Assembly: GCA_040954595.2 (NCBI GenBank)
Contig: CM082586.2
Coordinates: forward strand, 7,409,337 to 7,473,336
Origin: Balanoglossus misakiensis
Taxonomy: Eukaryota; Animalia; Hemichordata
Direction: 5' to 3'
Length of the DNA: 64,000 bases
In this document: in pieces, positions 14,248 through 27,361 of the stretch
Position numbering within the stretch: position 1 is the first letter of the stretch
How the letters are laid out: every line of letters starts with the position of its first letter
Notes under the pieces: generated by a model
The model's input: the letters and a program-made list of their open reading frames with translations, nothing else
Databases searched by the model: none
Told to the model about the DNA's origin: nothing
Program-made: the position numbers and the translations under genes

Positions 14248-14590
14248 GACAGGCAGGCCCCGTCGTGTAGATACAGGCCATCCGCCATTTTGTAATACAT
14301 GTATGCCATTTTCCTGACTTTCCGGCAGTGGGTTAATGCGCATGTCTGTTGTAAAATTTACGTACATTTGCGTCAGTAGTTGTATTGATTTTAGCTTAAT
14401 TCCATGATAAACTGCTAATTTTGAAAAAAAAGTTTATTTGGGAAGGGTAAAAATGATTGTTTACAAACACGACAGAGTGAGTCTAGCCCGGAAGTAATAG
14501 TGACCAATGAGAGCGCTCATTTTTTTAGCCAATCAGATTCCACCCTTCTAAATATGGCGGTTTGCCGTTACCTGCCTCTTTGTGCCTGTC
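14248..14590. mobile_element. Possible degenerate MITE
   Basis: Outer inverted repeat gacaggca/tgcctgtc and inner imperfect inverted repeat ccgccatttt / aatatggcgg at symmetric distances from the ends. No TSD identified. Confidence 0.3.
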
Positions 14591-16616
14591 ACTGGGGCAG
14601 GGTATGGCACCAACCAAGAGACGTTAATACCAGGCTTTGTCTTGCCGCTGACTTGAATGCAATTCAATGTGTTCAGTGACCCGGATTGTACTGAAGGATC
14701 ACCTGTCATCTTAGATCTTCAATTAGCAGAATCAGAGTCACGCAACTGTATCAATGACACATAAATTCCCCATCGTTTTGGCGTCATTCGCGGTGAGCTA
14801 AATTAGGATAATGGAAGGTCAAAGTAAGCACAACAACTGGGAAATACTAATTATGATAGAAGATCTCCTCCGAGAGAAAATGGATATATTTTGTATCGGT
14901 AATATTACAAGTTTGACATCTTCAGTACACGTCACTTGCAATAAAATCATTGTAAATGCAGTGAAGATCATTTTGAAGTCCACCGTGGCACCCTCTTCGA
15001 CATACGTCACCTGGACAACTTTATAAAATAAGCCTTGCGTGTGAATACCACGCGTGGCGTAGGAATATACTAAGTGTGTGGTTAAACGGCTAAGTCAGTT
15101 CGACCATAGGCAACGCGTGTCTACTGTAGCAGATGAAAAGAGTTCCGGGTTCAGTGAAGTTTCATCCGCCTGACGGGAGAACAGAGTCCCCGGATGCTCC
15201 TTCAGAAATCAATGCTTTCACGTGAACATCCGCGCATGTGATAACGGAGCAAGAAACTCTGTTATCAGATTTGCGATCATTGGGTTTGATCGGCGGAAAT
15301 CTGTCAAGAAAATTGCGCGTGAACGACATGGCATCCATCATTATCCCGAAACGGTCTACTGTTTCATATTGGCAATAGCGTAATGTCAAACGGCCCACCT
15401 TAATTTAGCTCTGTAATGAACTAATTATGTCTCATCTTAGCAACTGCACGCAGTTCTATGGCAACGCGCACTCATCTCAATTGAGCTCATCCTTCCGCTG
15501 TAGAAGATTACTCTACTTGATAACTTCCTGTGACTTTTGTGGTCACGAATTCCACTCTCCTGTCAACTAAACGAATTTCCTAACATACACAACCCTGAGC
15601 CTTCTCTGGCGTTTAATAATCACCATTCTGAAATCTTTTCAAAACTTTTTCTGTGTGACTGTTCCGTCCACGGAAAATCTTGATTCTCCAAACACAGCAT
15701 GGTTGTCATGCCATTACACAGAAAGACGGAAAACAACTATATATCAAGACGAGAAATTTTAAGTCAGAGTGAAAATATTAGCTGTTAAAACTGTGTAACT
15801 TGGGGTTTTAGTTTTATTTAGATAGGCTGTAATTACAAAAAAAAACACGTAAAAGAACGTAGTAGTATTTTGATTGAGTTGTTTTCTCTAAGTGATCATT
15901 TATAACATGGTATACCACAGTAGCGTTAAGCCCCTCGTCCTACGTCTTGTGATCGTGGGGTGTTTTGATTGAATATGACAAATGTTTAGTCCATCACGAC
16001 TGATAAAGCAACCCGCCAGTTAAAGTAAAATATTTACGATGACGTCCCAGTCTTCATGGCGCCGCATGACCCGCCCAGTGCTGTCCGCTGAACCCTACAA
16101 TATTAAATAATGTGGAGAACGTTTCACTATGTCAATATTTTCACTCAATTTCACAAGAACAAATTGCGTGGCTTTTCAAGAATAAGCGTATCACTCACTT
16201 TCGTAATACGTCATGATTAAGACAAGCTTTGTAAAAAGCTGCTTATCTTGGGGCGTCGGGTTCTAAATCCTTAATAGCGTTTGACACTACTTAGTTTCAA
16301 ATATCATTTAAATTGGGTTCCGTTATATTTAATGGGCAAATTCAATTTGTTACTGAGAGTAAGCGACGTCAAAACTAGGAGTCTAATACCCCTTGACGAA
16401 CATCACCCCTCGGTGGTAAAAGTCTAAATCCGTCAGTTCTTTGTGCATTATGCCATGTACTTGTACAGTTTTCCGGGATTGGACAAATGGATGTCATAAT
16501 AAGAGCACTTGCCATGCCATATTTTCTATTTTCAGTTTTTAGTGGCCTTTACGAATTCCATTTTCGCCTGATGTTCATTGACACTGTGTTCTGTAATCGC
16601 TCGTTTGACTGTAAGC

Positions 16617-16710
16617 ACCTCTCTCCTCCCCCTCTCTCTCTCTCTCTCCCCTCCCCCTTTCTCTCTCTCTCATACACACCTACACCACCCACACACTCAC
16701 TCACTCACTC
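16617..16710 (+). repeat. Compound (CT)n/(CA)n/(CACT)n low-complexity tract
   Basis: Read directly from the sequence. Confidence 0.9.
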
Positions 16711-18357
16711 TAATAAGTATGCCTTTGCTCTATACTAGTATCTGGAGTGACGCTCTGCCCTAGTTCAAATATCTAGGGTGTCAGTAATTTTCTCCACACG
16801 TTAATATCCATAATCATGGTAAAAGGCCCACACATTTGAGCGCGTATTCAAAGTTGGCTTTCCGGCTGCCCGCGATACTGCAGGGCACGGTTTCACGACA
16901 TATTTACAGAAAAAAAATGGTCACGGCGCATGCAGGCAACGGATGTGTCCGTCCGTCGCCGGTTTATAAAGAGAGCATAATGAGGCGTTTCGATAACTTT
17001 GTTTTCGACTTTATTGCCTAATTTTGAGGCAATCATCCTCGAGCATCAACATTAACGTACCTTGGAACGTACTCCGCTACAATCATGGGCGTACTTCAAC
17101 TTCAATTGAACGCAGTCTAATCCTAATAGACCGCCTTTAAATGGCGTTATTCAGCGCCATTTCGTCACAAGTACGCACAGTTTGCCAGGCCTCGAAATGA
17201 AAACGCTGTATCAGAGGATCTGAAAGCACCGCGTTTTTGCTGAAGTCTTCTGCAGGCTATATCTCAACGTTCAATATGTAATGAACGAACGGCGGATTAA
17301 AGAAAAAGAAAATGGAAAATTTACCCGCCTTTTTGCAAAACGGTCAGGACCACATAATGATTAATCAGCGGTCTGTCGTATCGTCAGATTAATACCTTGG
17401 GCGCAGTGAAAGTACAGAAGCTCTTCTACACTAATTATCTTCCCAAGGTCCGCCAGAAGCGAAATTTTACTTGAAATGAATTCCACGCGAATATCAAAGC
17501 ATACGTTATCGTAAAGATTGTTGTAATATTTTTTTCTGTAATATGAACATGTTAGTTTTTCTCTGTTCGCCAGTTTGACAGACGTATATACATATAAGCA
17601 GCATTTTCATCAATTGTTCGCAGGATGTCAATCAATGTTTCATAAAGAACGGATGGCGATGGAGTTAATTGGCGTTTTCCAATCCCCACACAGCGCCGTC
17701 AGCAGTCATCAACCAATGGTAGAACACACACCAATAATCTGGACTCAAAAAATAATTGTAAATATGCCCGTGTCACCGAGAAACAGTACACGATCAAAGC
17801 CGCCGACTCCCTCACCCCTCTCGGCTAACCACCACCCCCCCCCCTTTACTGATCACTTTTGGAATCGCTTCATTACCATGACCACCAGAAAACGCTGCCA
17901 AAATGAATAACGCTAAATTAACGTTGACGGTTTACCTCGGTGCCGCAGCTGGAGTCTATCCCCCGTTAATTTTCATCCGTATTAGCTTTTTACGTTTGCT
18001 GAGATTTTTTCTTTCATTTCCCCTTTCACAACAAATACACGACTGCGTTGGCGAGCTTCGCGTTTTCATTCAAAGAATGAATGTTTATTGAACGGCTTTA
18101 TATATACGTCCTCAATAAATGGCCATGGAGCCTGGAATGTCCTTCTTTATTATTGGACCATAAAGCAAAAGTAACATCCGTCAGCGAGATCAAGGTAATT
18201 CCAGTGTGATGTAGTTAACTCGAGTTTATACACGCATGGTGGCTTTCTAAATAGACCTCGTTTTATATAATAAAAATGTGGACCAGGCTCTAACCTTTCA
18301 ATAAGAATCCTGCGACAGTGCGGAATTTTATACCAAAGTTGGAAATGAACGCACTCG

Positions 18358-18430
<73 letters not shown>
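18358..18430 (+). repeat. C11 followed by (TC)31 microsatellite
   Basis: Perfect 73-nt polypyrimidine tract. Confidence 0.97.
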
Positions 18431-18433
<3 letters not shown>

Positions 18434-19670
18434 TACTCAAGTATTAGACTTTCTTAATCACACCTGGTTGCCTTGGTAACGAATTTGCATACTGAGAGTC
18501 AACAGCACTTACGATTTTAAGAGCCGCTGTGTTCTACCAAATTGAGCTAATATGGAGCGATCCTTGACAGAAAACACCGCTCTCGAGAACTGCTTGTGAG
18601 ACGCCAAATTTAAAGTGGAAAGGTCTCCTTTAACCTGCCAGATCTTTGCAACTCACACTTTGCGTGACCCAGATAGAATTATAGACCGCCATTATTTTAT
18701 AAGCAGCTGTTAAACTCACAAAGAAGTGTTGTGTGTTATAATTCGCCTCTGGCCCTAGTAAAATACACGATAGTTTCTATTCACAGGGCCGACTACATTC
18801 CTTTTCCTTACGGCACTGTTAATTCTGAGAACCTTGTTTCAGAAGAACGGCTTTAAGAAATGACCTCTCCCTCTCCCCCTATACACCAAATCACCCACAT
18901 TAAGCCGAAGGTGTTCGTCACGCACAGGTTCGTGGGGTGCATGCGGTACATTCGGACTTCCCAGCGTTCAGTGGTCTGTTTTCTTGTGCACCGACAGCGT
19001 GGTGTGTTGTATGCATAGAACAAACACAACTGTGACTCTCCCACACACGGGCAATCCCCGATGGCGGTGTTATACGACTTTTCATGACACATTTCGAACA
19101 TAAAATCCGATTTCTGATTCCATAAACTAGATCTCAACGGTGAACTAATTTCAATTTGGTGATATTGTGGGTTGTAGAAGGAGCATGCATTAATTTACTG
19201 AATTATTGTTTATTTGGTTATTCTGAACTTAGTCTAATAAATATGACTAAATAATGAGTAAATATGTCGTGTCTACAAGCAAAGATAGCTGTTAAATAGT
19301 TTTGATTTACCAAGAAAAGACCACTATGTATGTGTGAATATTCGGGAAATTCATTCGGTTTGACAAGGGGCGAACCATGTGGACTGGTCGTTTATAATGT
19401 GGTCATTTGTGGTCTATATATGTTTTCATTCGATTCTATGACATTCTCTTTCCATATTTAGTTGAATTGTTTTTAATTTACGCCGTTCTTGATCACCTTC
19501 TATTGTGTCATTTTCAAAAAAGAATAGATTCATTAGCGATTCACCATTTGCATTAATCCTACTTCATACGCATGTGCACTCAACAAAACGGCGTCTGAGT
19601 CTGAGAGGCTGAATTGTCCTGTAGGATGGGCAGACCATTTTATTGGTGGTACCCTTGCCATCGTAAAGTC

Positions 19671-19954
19671 CGACGATCGTCTTATGCGCATGTGCGTGAT
19701 TTCGTGTGTACAAACATTACGTCCACATTGTCCGTTCGACTCGACGCATTCAATTTGTGGACTGCCTTGGCTTCCTTCCATATTTCACGCGCACCGTATA
19801 AGTAGACTTTAGTTTTGTTCCTTCTTTTCACCCAATTTGCTGTCTTTTCCCGATATCCGACACTGACTATGGTCGCCGCCATCTTGTCTGTTGTTACATA
19901 CAATTTTTGTAACCGGAGTCGCTAGTTTGGCACATGCGCATAAGACGATCGTCG
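19671..19954. mobile_element. MITE-like element with perfect 25-bp inverted repeats
   Basis: cgacgatcgtcttatgcgcatgtgc (19671-19695) is the exact reverse complement of gcacatgcgcataagacgatcgtcg (19930-19954). The flanks (taaagtc / cccttca) could be decayed TTAA-GGG..CCC-TTAA ends, but no clean TSD is present. Confidence 0.75.
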
Positions 19955-20576
19955 CCCTTCAAATGCCTCAAGCATAGCCATAATCACATAACCTGTGTAT
20001 CGTGTTGTTTTCACCTTGCAGTTTCCATCATAGTGAAAGTGGTTTGAAGGATAGCGCCAATTAATTTAAATTTAGATGAACCCGAAACCAATGCTCTCTT
20101 TCGCGGAAGAGAAACGTGCTCTACCGCAAAACGCGCACGTCCTTCTAGCGCAATCGAGTTAATCAAATTGCTAATAATCATATCACGACAATTAAAAGAG
20201 CAGTGAACAAACAACATCAAGGTCGACGTCAAATTGTTTTTCCAAGAAAAATTGGATATTTGCGTGAAATTTTACGACTTGGGTATACACGGCTGAGCCT
20301 CGTTTAATATTCCCCCGTGACAAAACCGCAGTTCTTATTAAATATCGAAGGCAGAGATTGTAACGTCCATTGTCATGACATTCTATTTCGATCCCGTTAC
20401 TTTACTCATTTTTTCTACCTCCGACCGTGATTGACGTAAGGCCAGCGATATCCACGTGCGAGCATAGTCTACTTGTGCCTATATCATTGAATGTGTAAAG
20501 TGCGCGTGTATAGTAGGGCGTGTGTGTCGGCGAATGGATATTTGTTCCACTGATAACTCAAAAAATATCATACATG

Positions 20577-20599
20577 TATTTATTTATTTATTTATTTAT
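20577..20599 (+). repeat. (TATT)n microsatellite, possibly a minus-strand retroelement tail
   Basis: About 5.75 TATT units. The retroelement-tail reading is inference only. Confidence 0.8.
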
Positions 20600-23500
20600 G
20601 TGACACAAACACAGTGCTATAGTACTGCCGAGGTAGGCAAATGGCCGTGCTTGTAAAACATAGGTGTATATGCCGAGGTTGCTAGACGCGAACCCAACAC
20701 CAGGACAAACCGAAGTTAGACTATGTGCTTCACGAAGTAACTCCAGGGAAGAAATTGCTCCAACGCACCTTGTGCCGCATAATCGAACTCTGACGTCATC
20801 TTTCATTAATTTTCTTGTGAAAAATAACAATCAATTTGTGTTATGTCGACGAATATCACTGTGTCATATACGCTTGATGGCCCCAGACGTCATGTCCGCC
20901 TGATGTAGTTATAATAATCACATCATTTCTAACATAAATTGTCTCTAATTATATCCTGTGCTGTCTCGCATAAGTCTTGCAATTACAACGTGATTACCTT
21001 TCTCTTATACACTGTCGTCCTTTAAATTCTAACACAAAAGCTAGGAAAAATGTCTCTTAGAATTAATATTTTCCATAAAATACCAGTGGGTAGATGTCGC
21101 CCATCCAGGGTCACGTGACATTTTCCATGGTTTGCAAAGTTGACTTGTAGTTTCGTACGGTGCAAAATCTTGCACAGAAAAAACGAGGCCACACGTACGT
21201 GTTTAATGCAATCCCGTGACATCCATAAGGAAAAACGATTATTTGAATAAACAGATTGTTTGTAACTTTATTGATATCGTCTGCTCGCACGGGTCGTCGG
21301 TTCGACCACAGTCTCCCTGACGATAATTTTCGGAGGGCAAGACCTTAGCGGGCGAAGGTGCTTTATTGAAATCTCGTAGCTGAAGTAATTATTGTTGACT
21401 GTTTCGTTTTCACTTGACGCTTGTTAGAACACGATGGGGTCATCGGTCGGGCAGCGGGGAACCCGCGCTGTTGAATTGTTTGCCTGTGCGAAATGAAGCG
21501 TTCTACTGTTAGTAGCACGAGATCAGAAAATATGATCCCGCTCTCTGCGCGCTGCACGTAGCTGCAGCTTGACTGATAAAGAAATTACAAACACCCAATT
21601 AAATTGCGCATGCCTCATTGGGCCCACGCTCAATCTCTCGTGTCTCAAGCATACACAAGAACGATGAATGCGTGATCACAGACAGGGTCGCTGAGCAAGA
21701 TTGATGGTACCGGGGATGTAATCCTAAATGGTTATTTCATACATCACATGGATTAATTCTGATACACTGTGATATGTTTATGGCATTGGTAGATAAATTC
21801 CGACGCATTCGTTACATGACACTGGCAAGCGAACAGGTTTCAGCTTGGTCTCGTGTCGGCCTTAATGACAGTCTACGGAAGCTGATGGTTGTTTATGACT
21901 TCGTAATAATTCAGGCTGTAGACGGACTGGGTTTCATATTCATTCGGAATATGCCACATTTTTCAAACGACCAGTTGGGTGCCCTGCTTCTAAAGATATA
22001 TGTCGGTCAACTGCATTTGACACAGTCTGTAGAATTGATATACCATCCATCTCGTCGCAGAAATGCGCCAGTCAGGAAAAGTTCATATTTTCACACTCAT
22101 CTTCTTTGCCCAAATTTAGGTAACTGCAATTCTAATGTATTGTTTTTATCTAGCGTGTTTTTTCGTGTTTGTAACTGCAAAATAACTTTAAATGTACTTC
22201 ACGTCACGTTTCTGCAATTAACTGAGGGCAGAACAATGGCCGCATCAAATGACGCATGCAATAAGTTGAGAATTTAAACTCGGGGTAGGTGTCCAGGGTT
22301 TCGTTCGCAGTGAATTATGGGTAGCGCAATGCATGGTGGAATCGTTAAAAAAAGTATTGATAAAGACAGAAGACCCTCAGACAGGCGCCGAGTGGCTCAT
22401 CGAAGACTGAATTCGGGTCAATAGCGTGTTCTTATTCAACCGACAGCAACTGTAGAAAGCTAATTGATCGACTACACTCAATTTGGCTCTCCCACGTCGG
22501 TCGTTGTAAAGTTCACAAGAGAGAACACAGGCATGGCGGAATATCTGGGGATCACACTTGGCCGCAACATATTGCCATTGATTGTTGGCAGATGAAAAGT
22601 CAGTGTCATATCCGGGGAAACCCCCGAAGATACTCGGTGCAGGGGGAAAGTCGTGATTGTCAGAGGTAGAGGGGTGGTTTGGGTTTGAATGAAATCTACC
22701 TCGGCGGCAGATGTGTTAGTTTAGTCCGCTCGAATTTGCCATCCAGCTGGACTGAGCGATGAAGTGACTGAATTCTCCTTCTCATTGATTTTTAATTATT
22801 CAGTGAAGCAATTTATGCTGTCAGGCAGACAATCGCTTCAAACCATCTCAGGCGACCAGACGACAATCCATCAGTGACAAAGAAAACATTATCTTCGACT
22901 TAAGGTCTTTGCGTAAACATTGCAATCAGTCTGGACTAATTACTTCACGCGGAAGATAACAAGCAACTGTAGTGCGCCTTTTCTCCCAAACGTCGTTGTG
23001 TATACATACGCCAAACATTCGCCAGTCTCAATCACAGTCGCTGTATGTCTCAACTGAATGCCCGAAGCTTCGAACAGACCACTAAATGTCCTCTGCCGAT
23101 GTTGCTAATGCTTGAGACTGTTTGCTAACTACCAAATGATTACTTGTCAGATGTTCTCTCCCGCGGCTGCGCGCCACGTACGCCATCGATTGCTTCAAAA
23201 TTTATAGACGTCGTATGGACTTCGATCGAATGTGAGAATCGTAAACTTTTGCTTTCTACTTGCCAATAAAACACTTCTTATCATTCCCTCTTTCGAGGTC
23301 ACAATTATATATTGCATATTTTCTTTACATTGAACTGCATTACATTACCACAAATTCATCAGTACTTGAAAATCGATATGTCTGCCAAACTGTGCTATCC
23401 GTATACGTGAAGAATTCAAATTACCCATTTTCTTTGAAATCAGACAAACTCCGTGGTTTCTCTGCAGTATTTGGGAAATGAAGATGCAGAAATGACATAT

Positions 23501-25083
23501 ATAGTGACCCATATTAAACAAACACCCAGCAGTATTGTTTTATTCTTATAGCAACGAATTTGCACCATCTGACGAAATAAATGAATGCCCCATTAAAGCA
23601 CTCTTGGGAAAACATAAAAGAAAAAGAAAATATCACAACTCCTCTCCTGGTTTTCCTGGGGAAATATTTACAATAGATATATAATTTATGATTGTCCGGT
23701 CACCGTGGTTTTGCGCAGCAAATGTGAAGTCATTTCAGACGTTAATTTCCGATTGGCTTCTCGTAACCCATCGTTGTAACAGGTGAAGTTGTATGGCGTT
23801 GTTCACGCATGCTCAGTCATGTTGATGCCAGGATTACACAATGTACACGTGTATGTCTGTGATTGTACTACATCTCATTCCCTTTTTTTAAAATTAAGTA
23901 TTATAATTGTCTTTTATCAGAAAATTTTTTAATGTATTTTTTCCGTTTTGAATATTTTAATGTACATATTGCTCTCATACCTCGAAAGGGGCCGTAGAGG
24001 CCAATAAAATTATTATATAACGCCTCGTCTATCCTTGAACTGTCAGATCGGTTACTGGCGTAATTGCTATATGTGTTTGAATCTTATTAGTCCCTGTTCA
24101 GGTTTATAAACTGCCCAATAGAAATTGTGATTATACCGTGAATATGAGAGAGGGATGAAAATGATAAAAACTAGATGAAAATGTTAGTGGCAGAAGATAT
24201 TGTTGCGAGACATCATATCAAAATGGCGGGCATATTCTCACACATACTATATACAGTGGAAAACTTCCAGTTGCCATAGCATCGACCTTTTCCCCAAAGG
24301 CGTGCGTTATATCACATCACGTGATGCAAGGTTTGGTCGCAGTAGCCATGTTGATAACACCTCTTCTTATGAATTGGTTATACATTAAGACGATATATAT
24401 TTCTTGGCGTGAACTTTCTTTGACATCACTCTGAAAGATGTCCCAGTCCCCGATGAAATCTTCGTAATACTCAGAGAAAATCAGTTTTCTTTAAGGCTTT
24501 TTACATTAATATTGCATATATATCTCATGTTGCATCGTGTATTCTTGTGATGTTTTTTTTATTATTTGGGGATTTTGCATAAGCTTCAATGTCAGACGAA
24601 TGTATATTGAACTGGCGTTGGACTGGAATCAATACGCGACACGCTTCATCCGGATAACGCTAGTGCAAGTGAATCAAACCGGAGGAGCACATGAGGATTT
24701 TCACAAGCATTTCTGTATCACATGAAGGTTTTATGATTCAGTAGCATTTTATTTTGTTAACATGTGTAACGCGAGACGCGTGTACGTTCATATATACGTA
24801 CACGGCGCACAGAACTGCTTTTTATGGGAAGCTTTGGGAGCCCTATAACGGTCGCCAACTTCTCAGTGTGTACTTTCACACCTGAAGACCACCCAGCCAG
24901 GTGGTGAATAGTTGGATTCGAATCAGTTGCTTCAGAATTATACTGTACATGAATGAATGACGGGTTTGTTCGCTGAGCGTCTTGACTGCGATTGTCCTAT
25001 CGTCGTGTTATTCCGAAGTGGTCGTCGTTGGTGTTAAAAGCTTACGTTTCTCAATTGTTCGACATGTGCAGATACACTTTATA

Positions 25084-25319
25084 ATTATGTTTGATACAAG
25101 ACACCGTTTATGTTGATGTACATGTGGATATATAGTGAATCAATGTTCTACCACATACAACTTCCATACCACTTGTAGACACGAGAGTGAAAAGTTGGCC
25201 AAAATGAATAATCAGTCTTTACTATTTATTCTTTACTACATATCCACATGTATCTAAACGGTGTCTTGTATCAAAACAAATAATGGAAAATGGACGAGAG
25301 AGAGACTTTGTCCCTTTAA
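25084..25319. mobile_element. Truncated, internally deleted copy of the Kolobok-like MITE at 3720-4073
   Basis: Shares attatgtttgatacaagacac, gtggata..agtgaatcaa, caacttcca, gccaaaatgaataa and the right end gagagagagactttgtccct|TTAA. About 40 bp of the left terminus and part of the right arm are missing. Confidence 0.85.
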
Positions 25320-27207
25320 AGCATGGACTGTGGTACGGCCATGATAAGGGGGACCATGCTTAGATACATCTGCGAAAGATAGGGGGTATTGTTTACGATG
25401 ATATTCGGGCGTAATCGGGGGATGCGTAATAATAACAGCCTGCGGGTCTATTCGAAATCCGTTTGTGAACAACAGTATCCGATTCATTCATCTGCGATCA
25501 CTGGTCCGTTCACAATATTACCCAGTAGTGTCAGACGAGTCATTTGATAACGAGTTTTTGAGGGGGCATGTCATGGATCAGCGGCGTATGTATATACGAT
25601 GGCGTAGATTCGGAAGATCCTCCTTCCTAACGCTGAATTGATTTCGTGCAGATTAGATCGCATTATTGGGACATTCAACAAACTTTGATCAATCTAGGTC
25701 AATATATATGTGTCCCTTTATCTGGGTGATCATGGGTGTGACTAAACCATGCAGACGGGGTGATGACTTGTATTGCCGTATGTGAATGATCAACCCGCAT
25801 CCCTGGCAAAGTGTGATTATATAACTTCAATGTCGGCTATACGTGAAGCGATTCCCCGGCCCGCTCTCCGCTATTCACATGTTTCAAGAGAGCGAACGTT
25901 GCAGTCGACAGGAAATCAATGTCGTCATCCTTAGACCAAAGACCGGGGATAAAACATTTGTATTAATGTTCCGAGTCTTCAAGTATTTAATCAATGCTAC
26001 AGCGCTCGTGTCTCTGCGCGATCTGCAACGGGCAGAGAGATCAAAAGCGGCGTTTGTTATGTTGTGATCAATATTTGATTTGACAGTGTTCGTTTCGTGT
26101 GTTCGTTTCACGAAAGGGGGGAGAGAGCGCTAACGAGAACTTCTCGGCTAATGTTTGGATTGCTTAATGCGTTTTTATTCCGGCCATGGCTATAAAACGG
26201 GACGATTCTCGCCCCGGGGGCAAGTCAACTAATACGACGCATGACAAATTTGCTGATCAAATTAAGGCGGACCCCTAAATTAACACTACTGATGCAATAT
26301 TTCAGGCAAATCCAATTGTCTCCCCCGGTGACTTCGGCGTATATCGAATTTACGATATGTCTGCATGTCGTTGTAAAGTGTTCGTCTGGCATTCGCAGTA
26401 CAGTCACGTCCTCGGCAACGCTGACGCGAATGTATATACGCCGCGAATCGGATGTGAAATCGGGTGTCGAGTCGATGCTTCAGAGTTGCGGCTACGCTCG
26501 TGCTGTTGTGGTTAATTAATCAATTGGACAGGGTTTGATTGTAAGATGCGAGTAAATTTAGTTCCAAACCGTTAGCTGTAACAAATTAATGCTGTTATCG
26601 TTTCAAGGTTGTCTCTAGTCAGTTTAGTCTTTGTTGTGGTAACATACTTTCCCACAGACCGAAGATTTAAGGTTGATCTGGTGAGTGTGCTATATACGCC
26701 ATTGTATATATACCTGCGAATATCCGCATATACCTATCCTTTGTGAAATGAACCTTGTTTTACAGAGTAGTTACCACCAATAATTGCAGGCACTTCCTCG
26801 CTAAGTCTGAATCACGGCATTCCTGCCACGATCGACTACAAATTACTTTTCCCAGGGAATATTGTACGCACCATACAAACCATTATAATCAATATGGCCG
26901 AATGTGGCATTATTAATTCATAATCGATAGGCAGTAAAACTTCTATTGTCCACAGTTTCAATTAACTCACTGCTGGTCCAAATGACCCCTCGTCTGAGAA
27001 TGCCGCCGCTGCCTGCACGGAAGGTGGAAACAACTAAGGGGGGAAGCGACAAGTCCGTCTGGGCACTGAGCAGGTGCTAGACTTAAACTCGGACATAGTA
27101 CATATCGATGAGGTTTCAATCTACCATAAGTGCTTGAAGTGACGGTAATGCGCCAAAACGGACTGCGAATTTTCGCTCTATCTCTGCCGTTAGTGGTTTC
27201 TCACGCC

Positions 27208-27361
27208 CGTCTGTCTGTCTGTCTGTGACCGACCTGACTGACTGACCTCTCTCCTTTTGCTTTTCTCTGTCTTTCTGCCAGTCGTGTTTCTGTCGCTGCT
27301 TTTTCTGTCTGTCTGTCTCTCTGTCTGTCTGTCTCTCTGTCTCTCTGTCTCTCTCTATCTC
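27208..27361 (+). repeat. Degenerate (CTGT)n/(CT)n microsatellite region
   Basis: Read directly. It explains the low-complexity ORFs 27116..27427 and 27257..27451. Confidence 0.9.

Noticed and set aside
21774-22277. Longest ORF in the track (167 aa) as a gene
   Set aside because: No recognisable domain, composition looks like random sequence, and no convincing splice context.
23970-24020. LINE 3' end (ggcc-gtaga-ggcc stem followed by aataaa)
   Set aside because: The stem is only 4 bp and no reverse-transcriptase remnant is visible upstream.
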